Shown here one piece after another: positions 57,856-64,000 of a stretch of DNA of 64,000 nucleotides. This DNA is from Planctomycetota bacterium (GTDB taxonomy: Bacteria; Planctomycetota; UBA1135; UBA2386): NCBI GenBank assembly GCA_965223545.1, contig OZ245006.1, positions 3,712,001 through 3,776,000 of the forward strand, read 5' to 3'. How positions within the stretch are numbered: position 1 is the stretch's first letter; each line of letters starts with the position of its first letter. The notes under the pieces are model-generated. The model was given only the letters and a program-made list of their open reading frames with translations, was not told the DNA's origin and did no database searches. The translations under genes were made by a program, and so were the position numbers.

Positions 57856-57885
57856 AGCGAGAAAATCGAGTCAGACACCGTACTT
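57856..57885. repeat. Short REP-like palindromic repeat, copy B
   Basis: 29/30 identical to 1-30. Overlaps the photolyase stop codon. Confidence 0.7.
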
Positions 57886-59343
57886 ACCGTAGTGGGTCTC
57901 GTAGTGCTTGACGCGGAGCTTGCGGCGGGTGTTTGCGGAGCTCATGTAGCGGACGCGGCCGAAGATCGGGCGCTCGGGCGCCCAGGGCCGGTCGAACCGG
58001 CCCAGGACCCAGCCGATGCCGCTGTAGGAGTTGGGGTTGCGGCCGTCCAGCGCGTAGCGGTTGTTGAGCTCGATCATGATGGCCAGCGCGGCCTCGGGCG
58101 AGCGCGACCACTCGAGGATCTTCTTGCCCCACAGCATCCGCAGGTAGTTGTGGATGCGACCCTCGCGCCGCAGCTGGTTCTGCGCCGCGTTCCACAAGCC
58201 GTCGTGCGTCGCGGCCGCGTCGAACTCGTCGAGGGAGTAGCAGTGCTCGCGTGGATCGTCGGCGTGCTGCGCGAGGGTGGCGCGCGCCCATTCCGGCAAG
58301 GCGGCGAACTCGGCGTAGTCCGGTCGGTGATCGCAGAACACGTAGCCCAGCTCGCGCCAGGTGACGACCTGATCGAGGACGGCTTCGGCCTCGGCCGACA
58401 TCCCCCACCAGCCCTCGCGCTTGCCGTTCGCCGTGGCTGCCAGCCGGTCTGGCGCCCAGTCTTCCGCATCCGTGATCCGCTGCACGATCTCGGCGGCGCC
58501 GATGTGGCCGAAGTGCAGGTGTGCCGACAGCTCGGTGCAGACCTCGACCTCGGGCTGGTTGCGGTCGGAGTAGTGTTGCAGCCGCGCGTCGACGAATCGG
58601 TCGAGCAGCGTCGCCGCGGCGCGCGCGCCGCCGCGCACCCCCGCGACGGCGGCCGGGCCGTCGGGCCGCGCGAGCTGCAACGACGCGATCAACGCGTCGA
58701 GATCGCCGCTCAGCTGCGTCCCGGTCAACTCTGGCCACCGCTGCGAGACCGCGCGCGCGACGCGCGCGCGGCCGTCGGTGAGTCGCAGCGGCCGCTCGTC
58801 GGGCGGCGACTGGAGGTGATCGCGCAGGTTGCGCTGCAAAAAGCGGCGGAAGGCGTAGGCGGTCGGAAAGGCGCGCTCCGCCGCGGCCAACGGCAGCAGA
58901 CCATTGCCGTCGACCTCCTCGAGACAGACCGGCAGCTGCTCGGCGGCGGCGGCAACCATGCCCGGCAAGAAGAAGCACGGAAACCGATCCGTCACCACCA
59001 GGCACGCGCGTTCGGCCAACGCGGCGAGCAGCCCGCGGCCCGCCCCGGGCTTCGGCTCCAGGTAGGCGTAGTAGCGCACGCCGGCCTTGGCACAGGCGCG
59101 TGCGTTGTCGGCCATGCCGTCGACGACGAAACGGTGCAGTCTAGGACTGACCCAAGGGTAGTCGCTGCGCAGCGCCTCCAGCACCAACAAGGGCACCTTC
59201 AGCGCGCGCGCGCGCTCGGCGGCGCGTTGGAGTCCGAAGTTGGACGTCGTGCGCCGCTGCGCGATCATCCAGTAGAGCACGTAGTCGCCGCCGGAGCGCA
59301 ACGGTGCCGCGTTGGCGACGGTGACGCGTTCTTCGGGAACCAT
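57871..59343 (-). CDS. phr: Deoxyribodipyrimidine photolyase (class II-like)
   Basis: YVLYWM, LSAHLHFGHI, WREL, THD.LWNAAQ, HNYLRMLWGKKILEW, LDGR.PNSY and ERPIFG.VRYM motifs. Confidence 0.92.
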   Translation of the reverse strand: MVPEERVTVANAAPLRSGGDYVLYWMIAQRRTTSNFGLQRAAERARALKVPLLVLEALRSDYPWVSPRLHRFVVDGMADNARACAKAGVRYYAYLEPKPGAGRGLLAALAERACLVVTDRFPCFFLPGMVAAAAEQLPVCLEEVDGNGLLPLAAAERAFPTAYAFRRFLQRNLRDHLQSPPDERPLRLTDGRARVARAVSQRWPELTGTQLSGDLDALIASLQLARPDGPAAVAGVRGGARAAATLLDRFVDARLQHYSDRNQPEVEVCTELSAHLHFGHIGAAEIVQRITDAEDWAPDRLAATANGKREGWWGMSAEAEAVLDQVVTWRELGYVFCDHRPDYAEFAALPEWARATLAQHADDPREHCYSLDEFDAAATHDGLWNAAQNQLRREGRIHNYLRMLWGKKILEWSRSPEAALAIMIELNNRYALDGRNPNSYSGIGWVLGRFDRPWAPERPIFGRVRYMSSANTRRKLRVKHYETHYGKYGV

Positions 59344-59352
59344 CGACCGGGC

Positions 59353-60363
59353 TCACTCCACCGCGATCAGGCCGGAATCGAACAGCGGCGGCTTCGCGCG
59401 CAGGCCGCGGTATCCCTCGGCCAGGACGACGTGCCCGACCGGCGCGCGCAAACTCTCGCCGGGTCCAACGCAGACCAACACCTCCGGACAGTACTCGCGG
59501 ATCGCGGTGCGCACCGCCGCAGTGAAGTCGAAGGTCTCCACCACCTGCGTGCGCGCGGTGTAGTGCAAGATGGCCTGCGGATCCGACGACCACGGCGAAA
59601 CGACGTCGCCGCGGCCGTCGATCATGGCGACCGCAGGGCGGCGGAAGCGCAGCGATGCCAACGCCGCCTCGGCCTCCACCGCGACCGGCTCGCACAGCGG
59701 GGTGTGGAACGGTCCGTGCCCCGCCAACCGGAACGGAAACTCGCGCTTGCCGACCGTTCGCGCCGGCAGCTCGCGCAGCAGCGCACCGACCCCCGCTTCG
59801 GTGCCGGCGATCACCTCGTGACCGCCGAGCCGGATCGACGGCCAGACGAAGTGGTCGGCGCCGCGCGCGCGGACCGCCTCGACGACCTCGCCGACGGCCC
59901 ACCGCGCCTCGGGGTCGATCCGCCAGTCCTCGCCGACACACGAAGTCAGCACCTGGCCGCCGTCGACGCGCGCCTGCAGCCGCGCCATGGTGCGCACCAG
60001 CTGCCAGCCATCCTCGACCGACAGCGCACCGGCAGCGGGCAACGCCGTGTACCAACCCAGGGAGTTGCCGGCGACCGCGACCACCTGGTAGCGCTCGCGC
60101 AACCGCTCGACGTGCGCCATGGAGCAGAAGTAGATCAGCTCGGCCGCGTTGCGCCCGTCCAGGTGCTGGCTGGCGCGAAACCGCGAGGCGCCGTCGAGCT
60201 CGCTGACCGTCGGCTCGGCGGCCTCGCGGCGCGCCGCGTCCGCCAACGCCAGGGCGGCCGCCACCTCGCCGCCGGGACGCAGCGTCGCCGCCAAGGTGCC
60301 CAGCTCCGCGCGGCCATAGCTGCCGCGCCCCGGACAGAACAACACCGCGGTGGGTCCGCTCAC
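59353..60363 (-). CDS. ACP S-malonyltransferase (FabD)-like acyltransferase
   Basis: CPGRGSY, GNSLGWY, H..FHTPL and GPG motifs. GTG 60363 overlaps the E1 stop. Confidence 0.85.
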   Translation of the reverse strand: MSGPTAVLFCPGRGSYGRAELGTLAATLRPGGEVAAALALADAARREAAEPTVSELDGASRFRASQHLDGRNAAELIYFCSMAHVERLRERYQVVAVAGNSLGWYTALPAAGALSVEDGWQLVRTMARLQARVDGGQVLTSCVGEDWRIDPEARWAVGEVVEAVRARGADHFVWPSIRLGGHEVIAGTEAGVGALLRELPARTVGKREFPFRLAGHGPFHTPLCEPVAVEAEAALASLRFRRPAVAMIDGRGDVVSPWSSDPQAILHYTARTQVVETFDFTAAVRTAIREYCPEVLVCVGPGESLRAPVGHVVLAEGYRGLRAKPPLFDSGLIAVE

Positions 60364-62585
60364 CTGTCCTCCAACAAGCCGCGCGCGCGCGCCTCGATGT
60401 CGCCGACCTGCACGAGCACGGTGTCGGCGGCCGGCCCCAGCGGCACGTAGCTGTCGGCCGCGGTGAGCCGCGCCACCGCCACGCCCCGCGTTCGCGGGCT
60501 CTCGGCGATCGCGGCCAACAGGGCCGCGCCGGGCCCCCCGCCGGTGTGTCGGCACTCGTCGACGACCAGCACCCGACCGGTCGCGGCAGCGTGTTCGAGC
60601 ACGGTCTCCTCCGGCAACGGCAAGAGCCAGCGCAGGTCGACCACCCGCACGGCGACGCCGTCGGCGCGCAGCCGCGCCGCCGCCGTCAGGCTCATGGTCA
60701 GACCGTTGGCGTAGCTGACAATGGTCAACTCGTCGCCGTCGGCTGCGTCATAGACCCGTGCCTCGCCGAGCGGCACCGCATCTTCCGGCGGTGGGTACGC
60801 AAACTGCCAGTCGCCGACCTCCGGCAGATTCTTGGTCATGTACAGCGCGATCGGCTCCAAGAACACGCACACCTTGCCGTGCTCCGCGGCGGCCGCCACG
60901 CAAGTGCGCAGCATGCCGACCGCGTCGTCGGCCCGCGCCGGCACGGCGATGATCAGCCCCGGGATGTCGAGCAGTGCACCGACGCTGTTGTCGTTGTGGA
61001 AGTGCCCGCCAAAGCCCTTCTGGTAGGCCAGTCCGGCGATCCGCACCACCATCGGGTTGCTGCAACGGCCGTCGCTGAAGAACTGCAGCGACGCAGCCTC
61101 GCCGCGGATCTGATCGAGCGCGTTGTGCACGTAGGCGAGGTACTGGATCTCCGGCAGCGGCAGGCAGCCGGCCTGCGCCATTCCCTGCGCGATGCCGAGG
61201 ATCGTGGTCTCGTCGAGGATGGTGTTGAACACCCGGCCCGTGCCGAACTCCTTGTTGAGGCCGGCGGTGACGTGGTACACGCCGCCCTTCTTGGCGACGT
61301 CCTCGCCGAACAAGAAGGTCTCCGGATAGGCCGCCATCACGTCGTGCAGCGCGCGGTTCAGCTGGAACGCGAGATGGCGCGGCCGCGGGTCGTCCTCGGG
61401 CAAGCGCCCGCCGAACACCCGCTGCCGCCGCTCCGCCGGTGCGACCCGCGGGCGCAGGTCGGCCGCCGGGGGCAGCGCCAATGGGCGCATCACATCGGCC
61501 GCCGTCTCCAGCTTTGGCCGCGACGCGGCCTCTTGGCCGGCGCGCTCGATGCGCCCCCTGAGATCACGGTGCATCGCGCGCAGCTCGTCCGCCGACACCG
61601 CACCGCAGCGCAGCAAGAGATCGGCGAACGCCAACAGGGGATCGCGCTCCTCGTTGGCCTCGATCTGGGCGGGGTCGAGATAGGTCGTCTCGACGTCGGT
61701 GCCGGCGTGCCCCATCAACCGGACGGTGCGCAGATGGAAGAACACCGGCCGCCGGGTCTTGCGGCAGTGGGCGATCGCGGCCAGCGCCTGGGTGTACGCA
61801 TCGTCGAGATCACGCCCGTCGGCGGCGAAGTAGTCGAGTCCCGGCCGCCCCCGGTAGCCGCGCCGGATGAAGTCCGGCGGCGTGCGCACCGAGATGCCGA
61901 AGCCGTTGTCCTCGCAGACGAACAGCACCGGGCACGGCAGGCGGTGCAGGATCGCCGCCGTCGCGGCCGTCAGGCCGGCCTGTGCGGTGGCGTGGTTGAC
62001 CGACGCGTCGCCGAACGAGCAGTAGACCACCGAGTCGGCCGGCAGCGGGCACGGCACGCCCACGCGCGCCATCCGCGCCAGCCCGAACGCGAGGCCGACC
62101 GCCTTGGGGAGGTGGCTGGCGATCGTGCTGGTCTGCGGCGGAACCCAGAGCGCGTGGCTGCCGAACACCTTGTGACGCCCACCGGAAACCGGATCTTCGG
62201 CAGCGGCGACGAACGACAGCATCGCGTCGAACACCGGCGTCTCGGCGCGGCCGCGGCGCTGGCGGGCGGCGACGAACGCGCCGGAGCGATAGTGCAGGAA
62301 CGCCGGATCGGTGGTGCGCAGCAGGTGACCGAAGACCGCGTTCGCCTCGTGGCCGCTGCTGCCGATCGTGTAGTAGCCGACGCCAGCGTCCTTCAGCCGA
62401 CGCGCTTCGAGATCCTGCAGCCGCGACTGCAGACCTGCTTCGAACAGCGCAACGGCGTCGCGCCGGGTCAGGGGCGAACCCGGCGCCACCGGGAGCTCCG
62501 CCGGCCCGACCAGCGCGGGATCGGGACCGGGGTGGTCTTTGAGCAGGCGTTCTAGCCGTCCGGCGACGATCGATTCGCGACGCAC
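60360..62585 (-). CDS. Fused alpha/beta 2-oxoacid dehydrogenase E1 (TPP-dependent, branched-chain-like)
   Basis: YTIGSSGHE, STIASHLP, FGDA..N...CEDN, FGEDV.KKGGVY, EIQYLAY and GGHFH motifs. Start GTG 62585 (approximate). Confidence 0.9.
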   Translation of the reverse strand: MRRESIVAGRLERLLKDHPGPDPALVGPAELPVAPGSPLTRRDAVALFEAGLQSRLQDLEARRLKDAGVGYYTIGSSGHEANAVFGHLLRTTDPAFLHYRSGAFVAARQRRGRAETPVFDAMLSFVAAAEDPVSGGRHKVFGSHALWVPPQTSTIASHLPKAVGLAFGLARMARVGVPCPLPADSVVYCSFGDASVNHATAQAGLTAATAAILHRLPCPVLFVCEDNGFGISVRTPPDFIRRGYRGRPGLDYFAADGRDLDDAYTQALAAIAHCRKTRRPVFFHLRTVRLMGHAGTDVETTYLDPAQIEANEERDPLLAFADLLLRCGAVSADELRAMHRDLRGRIERAGQEAASRPKLETAADVMRPLALPPAADLRPRVAPAERRQRVFGGRLPEDDPRPRHLAFQLNRALHDVMAAYPETFLFGEDVAKKGGVYHVTAGLNKEFGTGRVFNTILDETTILGIAQGMAQAGCLPLPEIQYLAYVHNALDQIRGEAASLQFFSDGRCSNPMVVRIAGLAYQKGFGGHFHNDNSVGALLDIPGLIIAVPARADDAVGMLRTCVAAAAEHGKVCVFLEPIALYMTKNLPEVGDWQFAYPPPEDAVPLGEARVYDAADGDELTIVSYANGLTMSLTAAARLRADGVAVRVVDLRWLLPLPEETVLEHAAATGRVLVVDECRHTGGGPGAALLAAIAESPRTRGVAVARLTAADSYVPLGPAADTVLVQVGDIEARARGLLEDR

Positions 62586-62620
62586 TGTGCTTGGGTCTCG
62601 CTTCGGCGGGGACGGGAACT

Positions 62621-64000
62621 CTACGGCTCGCGCCAGCGGCGGCCACCCCGGAGCAGGCGGCTTGTCGCCGCCGGTCCCCAGCTGCCGGCGGGATACTGCA
62701 GCGGCGCCGCGCCGTGGCTGCGCCAGCCGGCGGCGATCGAGTCGACGATCCGCCACGCTTCTTCGACCTCGTCGCAGCGGGCGAACAGGGTCGAGTCCCC
62801 GGTCATCGCGTCCAGCAGCAGGCGCTCGTAGGCGTCCGGCGACGGCCGGCCGAACGACCGGCCGTAGTCGAACTCCAGGCTCTGATCGCTGAGATCGACG
62901 TCGGGACCGGGGAGCTTGGTGGAGAACTGCAGGCGCAAGCCCTCGTCCGGCTGCACCCGCAGCACCAAGACGTTGCGCCCCATCGGCCGTTCCCCGCCGA
63001 ACAATAGGTGCGGGGGTCGACGGAAGTGGATCGCCACTTCGGTGGCGCGCCGCGGCAGCCGCTTGCCGGACCGCAGCAAGAAGGGCGTCTTCGCCCACCG
63101 CCAGTTGGCGACGCTGAGGCGCACGGCGGCAAAGGTCTCGGTCTGCGACAGCGGATCGACGCCCGCCTCGGCGCGATAGGCCGCGACCTCCTCGCCGTCG
63201 ATGATCCCGGCGTCGTACTGCCCGCGCACCGTGTGCCGTTCGACGGCGGCGGGATCGAACGTCGGGATCGCGCGCAGCACCTTGACCTTCTCGTCGCGCA
63301 CCGCGTCGGGGTGCAGCGACGCCGGCGGCTCCATCGCGATCAGCGTCAGCACTTGCAACAGGTGGTTCTGGATCATGTCGCGCAGCACGCCCGCCCGCTC
63401 GAAGTACGGCGCGCGGCTGCCGACGCCGATCGACTCGGCCACCGTGATCTGCACGTGGTCGACGTACTTCTCGTTCCACAGCGGCTCGAAGATCCGGTTG
63501 GCGAAGCGCAGCACCAGGATGTTCTGCACCGTCTCTTTGCCGAGGTAGTGATCGATGCGGAACACCTGGCGCTCGTCGAAGGCGGCCCGCACCTGCGCGT
63601 TGAGGTCGCGCGCCGAGGCCAAGTCGGTGCCGAACGGCTTCTCGACGACCGCGCGCGCCCAGCAACCCTCCGCCGCGCGCGACAGGCCCGCGCGGGCGAG
63701 CTGCGCCAAGATCGTCGGATACGCCGAGGGCGGCGTCGCCAGATAGAACAAGCGGTTGCCGCCGGTGCCCAGCTCGCGGTCCATCCGCGACAGCCGGTCG
63801 CCCAGAGCGCGGTAGCCTGCCGCGTCCTCGAAGGTCGAGCGGTGGTAGAACACGCGCTCGACCAGGGGAGCCAGATCGGCGCAGTCGGTGCGCCCGTGGC
63901 GCGCGCACGCGGCGGCGAGATCGGCGCGGAAGGCATCGTCGTCCTTGTCCCGGCGCGCGAAGCCGACCACCGCGAAGCGATCCGACAGCAGCCGGTCGCG
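62621..64000 (-). CDS. zwf: Glucose-6-phosphate 1-dehydrogenase (5' end outside the window)
   Basis: VVEKPFG.D, RIDHYLGKETVQN, RDMIQNH, RSGKRL, AYERLL.D and Y.AGSWGP motifs. Confidence 0.96.
   Translation of the reverse strand, partial: RDRLLSDRFAVVGFARRDKDDDAFRADLAAACARHGRTDCADLAPLVERVFYHRSTFEDAAGYRALGDRLSRMDRELGTGGNRLFYLATPPSAYPTILAQLARAGLSRAAEGCWARAVVEKPFGTDLASARDLNAQVRAAFDERQVFRIDHYLGKETVQNILVLRFANRIFEPLWNEKYVDHVQITVAESIGVGSRAPYFERAGVLRDMIQNHLLQVLTLIAMEPPASLHPDAVRDEKVKVLRAIPTFDPAAVERHTVRGQYDAGIIDGEEVAAYRAEAGVDPLSQTETFAAVRLSVANWRWAKTPFLLRSGKRLPRRATEVAIHFRRPPHLLFGGERPMGRNVLVLRVQPDEGLRLQFSTKLPGPDVDLSDQSLEFDYGRSFGRPSPDAYERLLLDAMTGDSTLFARCDEVEEAWRIVDSIAAGWRSHGAAPLQYPAGSWGPAATSRLLRGGRRWREP

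Noticed and set aside
1..64000. tRNA, rRNA, prophage or integrase
   Set aside because: None recognised by eye, and intergenic gaps are short. tRNAscan/Infernal would be needed to exclude small RNAs.

Overview
High-GC bacterial chromosomal window, most likely from an uncultured Planctomycetota lineage (inferred from gene content: secreted Kelch, FG-GAP and matrixin proteins, a sulfatase, ECF/anti-sigma pairs and a planctomycete-like PPi-PFK). About 50 densely packed CDSs. Housekeeping or metabolic genes: PPi-PFK, glpX, partial zwf, fused 2-oxoacid dehydrogenase E1 with a FabD-like gene, HADH-ECH fusion, photolyase, Na+/solute symporter and a ynbC-D-A-B-plsC lipid operon. Also many secreted hydrolases, two ECF sigma/anti-sigma modules (one with a CHAT protease) and a lower-GC orphan toxin-remnant/DUF2019 immunity pair. 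No rRNA, tRNA, CRISPR array, transposase or integrase was recognised. Most notable: (1) a ~196-bp highly structured non-coding element in two copies, one of which splits a gene between GCTCA direct repeats, and whose precise removal restores the reading frame; (2) a shared C-terminal domain on 6-7 unrelated secreted proteins, plus Gln at +1 after nearly every signal peptide, suggesting a lineage-specific export/sorting system; (3) an ECF-antisigma-CHAT transmembrane signalling cassette; (4) short REP-like palindromes at gene 3' ends. Family names come from motif recognition by eye, not from database searches.
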